Origin: Candidatus Arthromitus sp. SFB-rat-Yit
GTDB lineage: Bacteria > Bacillota > Clostridia > Clostridiales > Clostridiaceae
Reading direction: 5' to 3'
NCBI RefSeq assembly: GCF_000283555.1
Contig: NC_016012.1
Location: 90,001 to 122,000, forward strand
DNA length: 32,000 bases
Shown here: piece after piece, positions 1-10,756 of the stretch
Position numbering within the stretch: the stretch's first letter is position 1
Layout of the letters: every line of letters starts with the position of its first letter
Notes under the pieces: model-generated
The model's input: the letters and a program-made list of their open reading frames with translations, nothing else
The model's database searches: none
Told to the model about the DNA's origin: nothing
Program-made: the position numbers and the translations under genes

Positions 1-1
1 T

Positions 2-328
2 ATAATTTTACTCATTGGAGTCCTACATATATTTGAGGGTGTATTTATTTGTTTGAATTTTGAAAGCAATATTAATAAGCTTTATTTACCTATTTATTTT
101 GGGGGTATTCATATAATATTTCTTATGTTTTTTAGAAGAAGTTATTTAAATAATTTTAAATATAGTAAATTTATATCCGGGTTATTCGTTTTTGTATATG
201 GTGTGATTGTTATGATATTATATAAATTTATAGGAAATGTATTTTCGTTAATAATGATTTGTTTTCTTCATGAAGTTATGATTTTGTTAGAAAAGAGAGT
301 TAATAAAGAGATTTGTAAGATTATTTAG
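2..328 (+). CDS. 3' part of an uncharacterised multi-pass membrane protein; the 5' end is probably outside the window
   Basis: Frame 2 is open from nt 2 to TAG at 326-328, so the ORF-track TTG at 53 is only the first in-window start. Hydrophobic runs ([53 protein letters not shown]) suggest about 3 TM helices. No family recognised. Confidence 0.4.
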   Translation: MILLIGVLHIFEGVFICLNFESNINKLYLPIYFGGIHIIFLMFFRRSYLNNFKYSKFISGLFVFVYGVIVMILYKFIGNVFSLIMICFLHEVMILLEKRVNKEICKII

Positions 329-338
329 GAGATATATA

Positions 339-2321
339 ATGAAAAAGTTTAAGATAAATTCGAAATTTAAGCCTATGGGAGATCAGCCTCAAGCTATAAA
401 AGAACTTGTAAATTCTATTAATTGTGGGAATAAATATCAAACTCTTTTAGGTGTTACTGGATCTGGAAAAACTTTCACTATGGCGAATGTTATAGAAAAT
501 CTTCAAAGACCTGCTTTGGTACTTGCTCATAATAAAATATTAGCTGCACAATTATGCACGGAATTTAGGGAGTTTTTTCCAGAAAATTCTGTTGAATATT
601 TTGTATCTTATTATGATTATTACCAACCTGAGGCGTATGTTCCTCAAACAGATACATTAATAGAGAAGGATGCTTCTATTAATCAGGAGATAGATAAGTT
701 AAGGCACTCTGCTACATCTTCTTTAATTGAGAGAAGAGATACTATAGTTGTGGCTTCGGTATCTTGTATATATGGTTTAGGGAATCCTTTGGAGTATAGG
801 AAGCTTGTTGTTAATTTGAGAGTTGGTATGGTTCGTGATAGGGATGATATTGTACGCCAACTTGTTGAAATACAGTATGAAAGAAATGAAATAGATTTTG
901 CTAGATGTACGTTTAGAGCTAAAGGTGATGTTCTTGATATTGTACCGGCATCTTCTTTTAATGTTGGTATTCGAGTTGAATTTTTTGGAGATGAGATAGA
1001 AAAAATAAGCGAATTTGATATTTTGACAGGAAAGGTTTTTTCAAAGTTAACACATATTTCAATATACCCAGCGACGCATTTCGCTACATCTAAGGATGCA
1101 ATTGAAAATGCGATAAATGAAATAAATTTAGAGCTTTATGATAGAGTTAAGTATTTTAAAGAAAATGGTAAACTTTTAGAGGCTCAGCGGATTAAAGAGA
1201 GAGTTAATTATGACATTGAGATGATGAGAGAGATTGGATATTGCAGTGGTATTGAAAATTATTCTAGGATTTTAGATGGGAGAGAGAAGGGGAGTAAACC
1301 TTATACTTTATTTGATTACTTTCCGTCTGATTATTTGTTATTTATAGATGAATCTCATGTTACTATACCACAGATTAGGGCTATGTATGCTGGGGATAGG
1401 TCAAGAAAAGAATCCCTTGTTAATTATGGATTTAGACTTCCTTGTGCTTATGATAATCGTCCTCTTAAATTTGAGGAATTTGAAGAGAAGATAAACCAGG
1501 TGGTTTTTGTTTCAGCAACGCCTTCAGATTATGAGAAAGAGCATCAGGAAGTTATAGTAAATCAAATTATAAGACCTACAGGTCTTTTAGATCCTATAGT
1601 TGAGGTTAGACCTATTGAAAATCAGATAGATGATTTATATGGGGAAGTTATAAAAACTATAGAGAAAGGTTATAGGGTTTTAGTTACAACTTTAACTAAA
1701 AAAATGGCAGAACATTTAACTGATTATCTGAATGAGTTAAACATTAAAACTACATATATGCATTCAGATGTGAAAACCATAGATAGAATGGAGATAATAA
1801 GGGATTTAAGAAGTGGAGAATTCGATGTTTTGGTTGGTATAAATTTGTTAAGAGAGGGTCTTGATATACCTGAAGTATCCCTTGTATGCATTCTTGATGC
1901 TGATAAAGAAGGTTTTTTAAGATCTGAAACAAGTCTTATTCAAACGATAGGAAGAGCCGCAAGAAATGCAGAGAGTAGAGTTATATTATATGGTGATATT
2001 ATAACAAAGTCTATGAAAAAAGCTATTGATGAAACAAAGAGAAGAAGAGATATACAAATGGAGCATAATAAAAAGCATGGCATAATTCCTAAAACTGTTA
2101 TAAAGGGTATAAGAGAGGTGATACAAGCAACGAAGATATCCAATGAGGGAGTGAGTAAAAAGAAGGTCGATATAAATATTCCAAAAGATTTTGATGAGTG
2201 TATGAAACGAATTGATGTACTTGAGAAAGAGATGAAAAGATGTGCTAAGGAACTTGATTTTGAGCGCGCGATGGAACTTAGAGATGAGATAAGAGAAATT
2301 AAGAAAATTGTATTTATTTAG
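339..2321 (+). CDS. uvrB: Excinuclease ABC subunit B (UvrB)
   Basis: 660 aa. AGGAG at 327-331 lies 7 nt before the ATG. Motifs: Walker [14 protein letters not shown] box FIDESHVT, helicase motif [12 protein letters not shown]-terminal UVR motif [14 protein letters not shown]. Confidence 0.97.
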   Translation: MKKFKINSKFKPMGDQPQAIKELVNSINCGNKYQTLLGVTGSGKTFTMANVIENLQRPALVLAHNKILAAQLCTEFREFFPENSVEYFVSYYDYYQPEAYVPQTDTLIEKDASINQEIDKLRHSATSSLIERRDTIVVASVSCIYGLGNPLEYRKLVVNLRVGMVRDRDDIVRQLVEIQYERNEIDFARCTFRAKGDVLDIVPASSFNVGIRVEFFGDEIEKISEFDILTGKVFSKLTHISIYPATHFATSKDAIENAINEINLELYDRVKYFKENGKLLEAQRIKERVNYDIEMMREIGYCSGIENYSRILDGREKGSKPYTLFDYFPSDYLLFIDESHVTIPQIRAMYAGDRSRKESLVNYGFRLPCAYDNRPLKFEEFEEKINQVVFVSATPSDYEKEHQEVIVNQIIRPTGLLDPIVEVRPIENQIDDLYGEVIKTIEKGYRVLVTTLTKKMAEHLTDYLNELNIKTTYMHSDVKTIDRMEIIRDLRSGEFDVLVGINLLREGLDIPEVSLVCILDADKEGFLRSETSLIQTIGRAARNAESRVILYGDIITKSMKKAIDETKRRRDIQMEHNKKHGIIPKTVIKGIREVIQATKISNEGVSKKKVDINIPKDFDECMKRIDVLEKEMKRCAKELDFERAMELRDEIREIKKIVFI

Positions 2322-2329
2322 GAGGAATA

Positions 2330-5146
2330 ATGGAATACATAGAGATAAAAGGTGCGAGGGTTAATAATTTAAAGAATTGTAGTGTTAAATTTCCAAGGAA
2401 TAAACTTGTTGTATTTACTGGAGTTTCTGGATCGGGTAAAACTTCTTTAGCTTTTGATACTTTATATGCAGAAGGTCAGAGGAGATATGTTGAATCATTA
2501 TCTACATATGCAAGGCAATTTCTAGGGCAGATGGATAAACCGGAGGTTGACTCTATAACAGGCTTATCTCCAGCCATATCTATTGATCAAAAAACAACCT
2601 CAAGGAATCCTAGATCTACAGTTGGTACGGTAACAGAAATATATGATTATTTAAGACTTTTATACTCGAGAGCTGGAACACCACATTGTTACAAATGTGG
2701 GAAGGAGATAAAACGTCAGACCATAGATCAAATAGTGGATAGTATAATGGATATTGGGGAAGGAAGTAAAATTCAAGTATTTTCCCCTATAGTAAAAAAA
2801 CAAAAAGGAAAGCATGAGAAACTTATAGAGAATATTAAAATGCAGGGTTTTGTAAGAGTTCGCATAGATGGGGAAATTTATGATTTATCAGAAGAAGAGA
2901 TAAACTTAAATAAGAATAAAAAGCATGATATAGATATTTTAGTTGATAGGATTGTTATTAAGAGTTCATCGAGAGGGAGAATTTTTGAATCTGTTGAGAG
3001 CAGTTTGAGGTTTTCTGATGGTATTGTAATTATTGATGTTATTGGTTTTGAGGAGATGCTTTTTTCTGAGAAATTTTCTTGTGTTGATTGTCAAATAAGC
3101 ATATCAGAACTTGAGCCTCGTAGTTTTTCGTTTAATGCTCCTTTTGGGAAATGCGATGAGTGTGATGGAATTGGGAGAAAATTTGAGATAGATAAAAAAT
3201 TACTTATAAATGAAGAGCTATCTATTTTGGGTGGATGTATAAATAGCATTGGAGAAAGTTCTTTAAAAGAAGGGAGTTGGTCTTTTAGTATATTTAAAGC
3301 TTTAAGTGAAAAATATGATTTTTCTTTACATGAACCATTTAAAAATCTAAGTGAAGATATAAAGGATATAATATTTAATGGAACAGAGGAGAAGATAAGC
3401 ATTAAGTATGGAGAAGAAGGAAATACATATAATCATAGATTTGAAGGAATTATGAATGTATTAAAAAGAAGATATAGAGAGAGTTCTTCAAATCATGTAA
3501 AACAAGATATTGAAAGATATATGTCAAACAAAAATTGCGAGAAATGTAATGGTGCGAGACTAAGACCTGAGGTTTTAGCGGTTAAATTTAATGGTGTTAA
3601 TATATATGAATTAACGTGTATGAGCATAGAGGATTCTATAAAATTTTTAGATGAAGTTGAGCTTAAAGGGAAAGATAAAGTTATAGCAGAACCTATAATT
3701 AATGAGATAAGAAGTAGATTGTCTTTTTTAAATAATGTCGGATTATCTTATTTGAATTTAGCGAGAACCGCATCAACTTTATCAGGTGGTGAATCTCAGA
3801 GGATAAGACTTGCTACCCAAATTGGATCGAGCCTTGTTGGTGTTTTATATGTTTTAGATGAACCGAGTATTGGGCTTCATCAAAGAGATAATGATAAGCT
3901 TATAGAAACGCTTAAGAGTTTGAGAGATATTGGAAACAGTGTTGTGGTTGTTGAACATGATGAAGATACTATAAGGGAAGCGGATTTTATAGTGGATATA
4001 GGTAAGTTTGCGGGAGATCAAGGTGGAGAAGTAGTTTATCAAGGGGATTATAATGGGATTTTAAGATCTTACGAATCTATAACAGGAGCGTATTTAAGAG
4101 GAGAGAAAACTATTCTAGTTCCTCAAAGTAGAAGAAGTGGTAATGGAAATTTCATAGAAGTTATAGGGTGTATTGAAAATAATTTAAAAGATATTTCTAT
4201 AAATATACCTCTTGGAACATTAACATTAGTTACTGGAGTTTCTGGATCGGGAAAGAGTACTTTTGTAAATCAAATATTATATAAGGGGATAAATAGAGAG
4301 CTGAACAATTCGAAAGATAAGCCGGGAGCATTTAAGGAAATAAAAGGTATAGAGAATATAGATAAGATAATTGATATAGATCAATCTCCTATTGGTAGAA
4401 CTCCAAGATCGAATCCGGCTACATATATAGGGGTATTCGATTACATAAGGGAATTATTTGCGACAACAAATGATTCAAAGGTTCGTGGGTATAAGCAAGG
4501 AAGGTTTAGTTTTAATGTTAAAGGCGGAAGATGTGAGGCTTGCCAAGGTGATGGAGTTATAAAAATAGAGATGCAATTTTTGTCAGATGTGTATGTTAAT
4601 TGTGAAGTATGTAAAGGAAGTAGATATAATAAGGAAACTCTTGAGGTTAAATATAAAGATAAGAATATATCTGATGTTCTTAATATGACTGTATATGAAG
4701 CTATGGAATTTTTTGAGTCTATACCAAAGATATATAATAAGATAAAGACCCTAAATGATGTTGGATTATCGTATATAAAACTTGGTCAGAGCTCTACGAC
4801 ATTATCAGGTGGAGAAGCACAGAGAGTTAAACTTGCAAATGAGCTATCTAAAAAAAGTACGGGAAGGACGCTTTATATATTAGATGAACCTACAACAGGT
4901 CTTCATATATATGATGTAAGTAAGCTTGTAGAAATTTTACATATGCTAGTTAATAATGGGAATACTGTAATTGTTATCGAACATAATCTGGATGTTATAA
5001 AAAATGCAGATTATATTATTGATTTAGGTCCTGAGGGCGGATCTTTAGGAGGGAATGTTATAGCTAAGGGTAAGCCGGAAGAAATTTGTTTAGTTAAGGA
5101 ATCTTATACAGGTAAATATTTAAGGAAATATTTAGATATTGAATAG
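2330..5146 (+). CDS. uvrA: Excinuclease ABC subunit A (UvrA)
   Basis: 938 aa with a GGAGG RBS just upstream. Two ABC modules: Walker A GVSGSGKTS and GVSGSGKST, signatures LSGGESQRIRLA and LSGGEAQRVKLA, Walker B LYVLDEPS and LYILDEPT. Cys4 zinc modules are present (CVDC...CDEC, CEAC...CEVC). Confidence 0.97.
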   Translation: MEYIEIKGARVNNLKNCSVKFPRNKLVVFTGVSGSGKTSLAFDTLYAEGQRRYVESLSTYARQFLGQMDKPEVDSITGLSPAISIDQKTTSRNPRSTVGTVTEIYDYLRLLYSRAGTPHCYKCGKEIKRQTIDQIVDSIMDIGEGSKIQVFSPIVKKQKGKHEKLIENIKMQGFVRVRIDGEIYDLSEEEINLNKNKKHDIDILVDRIVIKSSSRGRIFESVESSLRFSDGIVIIDVIGFEEMLFSEKFSCVDCQISISELEPRSFSFNAPFGKCDECDGIGRKFEIDKKLLINEELSILGGCINSIGESSLKEGSWSFSIFKALSEKYDFSLHEPFKNLSEDIKDIIFNGTEEKISIKYGEEGNTYNHRFEGIMNVLKRRYRESSSNHVKQDIERYMSNKNCEKCNGARLRPEVLAVKFNGVNIYELTCMSIEDSIKFLDEVELKGKDKVIAEPIINEIRSRLSFLNNVGLSYLNLARTASTLSGGESQRIRLATQIGSSLVGVLYVLDEPSIGLHQRDNDKLIETLKSLRDIGNSVVVVEHDEDTIREADFIVDIGKFAGDQGGEVVYQGDYNGILRSYESITGAYLRGEKTILVPQSRRSGNGNFIEVIGCIENNLKDISINIPLGTLTLVTGVSGSGKSTFVNQILYKGINRELNNSKDKPGAFKEIKGIENIDKIIDIDQSPIGRTPRSNPATYIGVFDYIRELFATTNDSKVRGYKQGRFSFNVKGGRCEACQGDGVIKIEMQFLSDVYVNCEVCKGSRYNKETLEVKYKDKNISDVLNMTVYEAMEFFESIPKIYNKIKTLNDVGLSYIKLGQSSTTLSGGEAQRVKLANELSKKSTGRTLYILDEPTTGLHIYDVSKLVEILHMLVNNGNTVIVIEHNLDVIKNADYIIDLGPEGGSLGGNVIAKGKPEEICLVKESYTGKYLRKYLDIE

Positions 5147-5156
5147 GATTTTTATT

Positions 5157-5264
5157 ATGAATTTTTGGGAATTAATTTCAAAGGGTATATCTATATGTAG
5201 TGTGTTTTTGCTTTTTTATATAGTTTTAACACTTATAAAGAATTACATATTCAATGATTTTTGA
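5157..5264 (+). CDS. Candidate 35-aa single-TM small membrane protein (sORF below the ORF-track size cut-off)
   Basis: ATG 5157 to TGA 5262-5264 translates to MNFWELISKGISICSVFLLFYIVLTLIKNYIFNDF. A weak AGGA (5145-5148) lies 8 nt upstream. It fills the otherwise empty uvrA/SEDS gap. There is no homology evidence. Confidence 0.2.
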   Translation: MNFWELISKGISICSVFLLFYIVLTLIKNYIFNDF

Positions 5265-5305
5265 TATTAGGATTTTTTATAAAATGCGGATCATAAGGAG
5301 TGAAA

Positions 5306-6514
5306 ATGGTAGAAAATATAAATGAAAAGAAGTTATATTTTATATTAAATTTAGCTTTATCCCTTATAGTTTTTTTAAATTTATTTGTGGCAAAAAGGAG
5401 CTTAGATTTTTATCTATGCTTTATATCAATCTCATACATATCTATTATATTTATTGTTTATCTTTTTCAAAAAAATATATTTAAAAAAGTAGATAATTCG
5501 TTAAATTTAATTATAAATTTATTTGTGCTTCTTGGACTTACAATTATATATAGAATAAATCCAACGATGGCGTTTAAACAGTGCATATTATTTTTATTTG
5601 GATACATGGTTTATTTTATCGTTATGTTTTTTGTGAGGGATATGAATGAGTTTTTTAAGTTTAAATGGGTGTATTTTTGTTTAGCGCTTATATTTATGAG
5701 TATATCTTTTTTGTTTGGAAAGTACATAAATGGTTCGAAAAATTGGATTTCTTTATTTGGGATAACATTTCAACCATCTGAGTTTGGTAAAATTTTTATA
5801 ATTTTATATCTATCTTCTGTGCTCAGAAATAATAGGGATAAGGTTGATAAATATATGGCTATATTCCTTATACTTTTTAGTTTGACTATTTTAACACTTC
5901 AGAGAGATTTGGGGACAGCTGTAATTGTATTTGTTTTGAGTATGCTTATGTATTATATAAGAACCTCTAAGTATAAATTTTTGATGTTTATAATTATATC
6001 AACTTTAATACTCGGGGTGCTTGCTTATATTAATTTTTCGCATGTTAGGGTTCGTATCCATGCTTGGTTAAATCCTGAAAGTGATCCTACTCGTACAACA
6101 TATCAGGTACTACAAGGATTTTTTGCTATGGGATCAGGAGGATTTTTAGGAAGTGGATTATACAAAGGGAATTTAGAGCTTATACCTGTTAATTATACTG
6201 ATTATATATTTGTGTCTATTGTGGAAGAACTTGGTATATTTACTGGATTATTAATTGTCTTCTTATATTTTTTATTCTTCGTTAAAGTTATGAAAAATAG
6301 TGTAAAGATGAAATCCAAAGATGAAAGTAAACTTATTATGATTGGGTTTAATGTAATAATTGCACTTCAGACTACAATTATTTTAGGAGGAGTTTTAAAT
6401 TTAATACCTTTAACTGGAGTTACGTTACCATTTATAAGTTATGGAGGGAGTTCAATTATAAGTTTGTTTATTATGTTTGGGATTATGCAAAAAATATTAG
6501 AGGGGGATATTTGA
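5306..6514 (+). CDS. SEDS-family peptidoglycan glycosyltransferase (FtsW/RodA/SpoVE family)
   Basis: About 10 hydrophobic segments. Family motifs FQPSEFGK, QRDLGTA and LPFISYGGSS are present. AAGGAG at 5295-5300 favours ATG 5306 over the ORF-track GTG 5300. Its TGA stop (6512-6514) overlaps the next gene's ATG (TGATG). Confidence 0.9.
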   Translation: MVENINEKKLYFILNLALSLIVFLNLFVAKRSLDFYLCFISISYISIIFIVYLFQKNIFKKVDNSLNLIINLFVLLGLTIIYRINPTMAFKQCILFLFGYMVYFIVMFFVRDMNEFFKFKWVYFCLALIFMSISFLFGKYINGSKNWISLFGITFQPSEFGKIFIILYLSSVLRNNRDKVDKYMAIFLILFSLTILTLQRDLGTAVIVFVLSMLMYYIRTSKYKFLMFIIISTLILGVLAYINFSHVRVRIHAWLNPESDPTRTTYQVLQGFFAMGSGGFLGSGLYKGNLELIPVNYTDYIFVSIVEELGIFTGLLIVFLYFLFFVKVMKNSVKMKSKDESKLIMIGFNVIIALQTTIILGGVLNLIPLTGVTLPFISYGGSSIISLFIMFGIMQKILEGDI

Positions 6515-7920
6515 TGAATAAGAATTTGAAGATAATATCATTTATATTTTCATTTTTATTCTTGCTTATTATATCTTCTCTTATATATTTTTGGGTTTTT
6601 AAGTCTACATATTATGCAGAGCATGCATTAAATAAAAGATCATTTAATGAAAGGTTTAAATTTACTAGAGGTAGAATTTTAGATAGGGAAGGAAATGTTT
6701 TAGCTTATAGTGAGGAGAATGGACAAAAAAGGATTTATCCATATGGAGAGGCGTTATTTCATCCAATAGGATACGCGGATATTAAATATGGTATGTCTGG
6801 TATTGAAAATGAGATGGATGAGTATTTAAGAGAACCTAGAGGTTTTATAAGTGGAATTAAATCTTTTTTTGGTTATGAGGATACAAAGGGAAGTGATATT
6901 AAATTAACAATAAACAGTGAACTTCAAAGGTATGCATATGAAATTATTGGAGATAATAGGGGAGCTATTGTTGTTATGAATCCTAAAACTGGAGAAATTT
7001 ATGCTCTTGTGAGTAAACCATCATTTGATCCAAATAATTTGAATGATATTTGGGAGGAGATTATGTCAAATGAGGATGCTCCATTATACAATAGAGCTAT
7101 AAATGGAAAGTATCCACCAGGGTCTACTTTTAAAGTTTTAACATCATCTTTAGCTATAGAGAGTATTGATAATATACTTAATAGAAGATTTAAAGATCAA
7201 GGGTTTATTGATTTTAGTGATTCTAGTAGATTATATAATCAAAATGGTAAGGCGTTTGGAGAATTAAGTTTAAAAGATGCATTTATAAAATCTAGCAATG
7301 TTGTATTTGGAAATTTAGCCTTAGAGCTTGGAAATAATGAGCTTAAAAATTATGCTGAAAGATTTTATTTTAATAGGAATTTAAATTTAATGGGATTAAG
7401 TGTATCTAAAAGTTATTTTCCTAAATTAAATGAGAATGAGATTGGACTTATTGCTCAAACAGGAATTGGTCAAGGTCCAATATTGATAACTCCGATTAAC
7501 CTTGCTTTAATATCAAGTACGATTGCAAATGATGGAATTATGATGAAGCCTTACATAGTGTCTGAAGTTTCAAATTCTTATGGTAATATTATAAATAAAA
7601 ATGTGAAGAATATATTGTCAAAACCCATAAAGCGTAATACCTCATCTATTATATCCTCATATATGAGAGGTGTTGTTGAGAGCAATTTATCTCATATAAG
7701 TGAATTTTCAAATATTAAGGCGTGTGGTAAAACAGGAACTGCTGATTATAAAGATGGAGATGGTGATGGTATTCCTCATTCTTTGTTCATAGGTTTTGCT
7801 CCATATGATGATCCTAAGGTTTCTATATCGGTAATAGTTGAAGGTGGAGGAGAAGGTAGGGGAATTGCATCTGAGATTTCTTCTAAGGTAATGAAAAAGT
7901 CAATTGAATTAATTGGGTAA
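6514..7920 (+). CDS. Class B penicillin-binding protein (transpeptidase), short form of about 468 aa
   Basis: N-terminal TM anchor IISFIFSFLFLLIISSLIYFWVF. Active-site triad motifs are SxxK = STFK, SxN = SSN and KTG = KTGT. AGGGGG at 6501-6506 precedes ATG 6514 (the ORF-track TTG 6511 is one codon earlier). Translationally coupled to the SEDS gene. Confidence 0.9.
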   Translation: MNKNLKIISFIFSFLFLLIISSLIYFWVFKSTYYAEHALNKRSFNERFKFTRGRILDREGNVLAYSEENGQKRIYPYGEALFHPIGYADIKYGMSGIENEMDEYLREPRGFISGIKSFFGYEDTKGSDIKLTINSELQRYAYEIIGDNRGAIVVMNPKTGEIYALVSKPSFDPNNLNDIWEEIMSNEDAPLYNRAINGKYPPGSTFKVLTSSLAIESIDNILNRRFKDQGFIDFSDSSRLYNQNGKAFGELSLKDAFIKSSNVVFGNLALELGNNELKNYAERFYFNRNLNLMGLSVSKSYFPKLNENEIGLIAQTGIGQGPILITPINLALISSTIANDGIMMKPYIVSEVSNSYGNIINKNVKNILSKPIKRNTSSIISSYMRGVVESNLSHISEFSNIKACGKTGTADYKDGDGDGIPHSLFIGFAPYDDPKVSISVIVEGGGEGRGIASEISSKVMKKSIELIG

Positions 7921-7946
7921 TATATGAGTTTTGGGTGGTGTTCACG

Positions 7947-9815
7947 TTGTTTGATATAAAGTATAATATTAGTATTTTACCAGAATCTCCTGGTGTTTAT
8001 ATAATGAAAGATAAAGATGAGAATGTTATATATGTAGGTAAAGCTAAGAATTTAAGGAAAAGGGTTTCTCAATATTTTAGGAAAACTCAGAATCATTCAG
8101 AAAAGACAAGATCACTTGTGAAAAATATAATAGAATTTGAGTACATAGTAACCGAGAATGAAATAGAAGCATTGATATTAGAGGATAGTTTAATAAAGAA
8201 ATATCAACCTAAGTATAATATTTTGCTAAAAGATGATAAAACATATCCATTTATAAAGATAACGATAAATGAAGATTTTCCGAGAGTGTTTTCAACAAAA
8301 AATTATATAAAAGATGGAAATTTATATTTTGGACCTTTTCCTTCCATAAATTCTGTTAATGAGATAATGTCGCTTATCCGAAGCTATTTTTTAGTAAGGA
8401 GCTGTAACATACATATAAAAGATGGAGTTAAATCGTGTAGACCATGTATTTATTATCAAACTAAGAAATGTAATGCTCCTTGTTATGGTCTTATATCTAA
8501 AGAAAAGTATGGTGAAATAATAAATGAAATTAGCGATATATTAAATGGTAAAAGTAAGGATTATATTTTGAATTTATTAAAAGAGCAAATGTTTAAACAT
8601 TCTGAAAACTTGGAATATGAACAAGCGAGAGATATACGAGATAAAATAGAAGGAATAAAACTTATTTTTGAGAAGCAGAGTATTTTTTCTGGGGGAGAGA
8701 ATTCTGAGGATTATATAAATATTTTTAGATATGATAATGAAGCATGTGTGCAGGTATTTTTTCTAAGGAATGGAAGAGTAGTTGGAAGAGAACATTTTGT
8801 ATTTGAAAATATTATGGGTGATAATGATGAACATATAATTGAACAATTTATAAAGAGTTATTATGGGGGAACCGCTCAAATTCCAAGTTATATATATTCT
8901 CCAGAATTTTTAGATAAAGATAACATAGAAAAATGGATTAATATAAAGTCAAAGAGAAAAGTTTATTTTAAGACCCCAAAAGGTGGGGAGAAAAAAGAGC
9001 TTTTTGATTTAGTTAGAAAAAATGCAAGAGTTATGTTAGATAGGTTTAAAAAGAATAAATATTTATGCTCAGTTGATAGAGAAAGTGATTATTTAAATGA
9101 GCTTAAAGATATATTATGCATGAACTCTAAGATAGATAGAATTGAAGCTTATGATATTTCAAATATAAGTGGATTTGATTCAGTCGGGAGCATGGTTGTA
9201 TTTAATAATGGAACGCCAAATAAAACTCAATATAGGAGATTTAAAATAAAGAGTGTACAAGGTCCTGATGATTATAAGAGTATGAAGGAAATAGTATCTA
9301 GGAGATTTGAACATGCTTTAAAAGAAATTAAGTGCATACAGGAAGGAGAGCTAGAGCATACTTATGGTAAGTTTTGCATATTTCCAGATTTGATATTAGT
9401 AGATGGTGGATGTGGACATATAAATGCTGTTGAGGAAGTGCTTAAAAGTTTTAATATAAACATAGCTGTTTGTGGCATGGTTAAAGATGATAAACACAGA
9501 ACGAGAGGACTTATATATAAAAATCAAGAGTTAAATATCTCGAGCGAGCTTATTAAATTTATTACAAGGGTGCAAGATGAGGTACATAGATATGCCATAA
9601 CTTATCATAGGAGTTTGAGAGATAAGAGGAGTTTAGGATCTATACTTGATGAGATACCTAATATTGGTAGTAAAAGAAGGAGGGACCTTTTGATGTATTT
9701 TAGTAGTGTTGAAGGTATTAAAAAAGCATCTATTGAGGATCTTTTAAAGGTTCCTAGTATGAACAGATCATCGAGTGAATCTATATTAAAATTTTTCAAT
9801 AAGAGTAAGACTTAA
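7947..9815 (+). CDS. uvrC: Excinuclease ABC subunit C (UvrC)
   Basis: GIY-YIG module (PGVYIMKD...VIYVGKAKNLRKRVSQYF), Cys cluster CRPCIYYQTKKCNAPC, UVR motif LEYEQARDIRDKI, and a C-terminal endonuclease/HhH region. GGTGGTG at 7934-7940 fits a TTG start at 7947 (MFDIKYN...). The ORF-track GTG 7935 is an alternative. Confidence 0.95.
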   Translation: MFDIKYNISILPESPGVYIMKDKDENVIYVGKAKNLRKRVSQYFRKTQNHSEKTRSLVKNIIEFEYIVTENEIEALILEDSLIKKYQPKYNILLKDDKTYPFIKITINEDFPRVFSTKNYIKDGNLYFGPFPSINSVNEIMSLIRSYFLVRSCNIHIKDGVKSCRPCIYYQTKKCNAPCYGLISKEKYGEIINEISDILNGKSKDYILNLLKEQMFKHSENLEYEQARDIRDKIEGIKLIFEKQSIFSGGENSEDYINIFRYDNEACVQVFFLRNGRVVGREHFVFENIMGDNDEHIIEQFIKSYYGGTAQIPSYIYSPEFLDKDNIEKWINIKSKRKVYFKTPKGGEKKELFDLVRKNARVMLDRFKKNKYLCSVDRESDYLNELKDILCMNSKIDRIEAYDISNISGFDSVGSMVVFNNGTPNKTQYRRFKIKSVQGPDDYKSMKEIVSRRFEHALKEIKCIQEGELEHTYGKFCIFPDLILVDGGCGHINAVEEVLKSFNINIAVCGMVKDDKHRTRGLIYKNQELNISSELIKFITRVQDEVHRYAITYHRSLRDKRSLGSILDEIPNIGSKRRRDLLMYFSSVEGIKKASIEDLLKVPSMNRSSSESILKFFNKSKT

Positions 9816-9834
9816 TTATAAGGGGAAATTCTGT

Positions 9835-10755
9835 ATGTATGGTGATTATAAGGTTTTATTAGAACAATTAAAATTTATCTTATGTTCTGAAAATATAAAG
9901 ATAGATGAATCAATGAAAAAGTATACGACGTTTAAATTAGGTGGAGCTTGTGATATTATGATTTTTCCATCAAGCGAAGAAGAACTTATAGAATCTATAA
10001 AATGTATTATAAAAAATAAGACTCCATATTTTGTGTTAGGACGTGGATCCAACCTTCTTGTTAAGGACAAGGGTATTAGAGGTGTTGTTGTTAATTTAAC
10101 TAAGTTAAACAGGGTAAGTATAGAGAAAAATATAATAAGAGCTGAATCTGGGGCCAATTTATCAAATGTATCCATAATTGCAAAGGATAATTCTTTGTGT
10201 GGATTTTCTTTTGCTTGTGGAATACCTGGAACCATTGGTGGTGCTGTTAATATGAATGCAGGAGCATATGGTGGAGAAATGAGTCAAGTAGTAATTGGAG
10301 TTAAAGTTATTGATTTAAATGGAGAAGTATTTTATATACCAAGGGAAGAAATAGAGTTTGGATATAGAACAACTACAGTGATGGAAAGAAAATATATAGT
10401 TATAAGATGCGATATATCTTTGGAATATGGAAATAAAGAAGAAATTCATGATGAGATGAAAGATTTAATGCACAAAAGAAAAATGAAACAACCTATTGAG
10501 TATCCATCTGCAGGAAGTACTTTTAAACGTCCAGAGGGATATTTTGCAGGTAAGCTCATAGAAGATTGTGGATTTAGAGGATATATACACAAAAATGTAA
10601 TGGTATCTGAAAAGCATTGTGGGTTTATTGTTACAAGAAATGAAAATGCTACAGCTAGTGAGGTTTTGGAACTTATCGATATAGTTAAAAATAGAGTATA
10701 CGATAAATTTAATGTTATGTTAGATACGGAAGTTAGAATTATTGGAGAGGATTAA
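9835..10755 (+). CDS. murB: UDP-N-acetylenolpyruvoylglucosamine reductase (MurB)
   Basis: 306 aa with an AAGGGGA RBS. FAD-binding N-terminal domain (TTFKLGGACD, GRGSNLLV), GIPGTIGGAVNMNAGAYG, and the substrate motif PSAGSTFKRP. Confidence 0.95.
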   Translation: MYGDYKVLLEQLKFILCSENIKIDESMKKYTTFKLGGACDIMIFPSSEEELIESIKCIIKNKTPYFVLGRGSNLLVKDKGIRGVVVNLTKLNRVSIEKNIIRAESGANLSNVSIIAKDNSLCGFSFACGIPGTIGGAVNMNAGAYGGEMSQVVIGVKVIDLNGEVFYIPREEIEFGYRTTTVMERKYIVIRCDISLEYGNKEEIHDEMKDLMHKRKMKQPIEYPSAGSTFKRPEGYFAGKLIEDCGFRGYIHKNVMVSEKHCGFIVTRNENATASEVLELIDIVKNRVYDKFNVMLDTEVRIIGED

Positions 10756-10756
10756 A

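Noticed and set aside
1750-4042. Four short minus-strand ORFs (60-103 aa) inside uvrB and uvrA
   Set aside because: They are antisense shadows of strongly supported genes, with no RBS and no recognisable motifs.
9605-10235. Minus-strand ORFs of 64 aa and 129 aa inside uvrC and murB
   Set aside because: They are antisense shadows of well-supported + strand genes.
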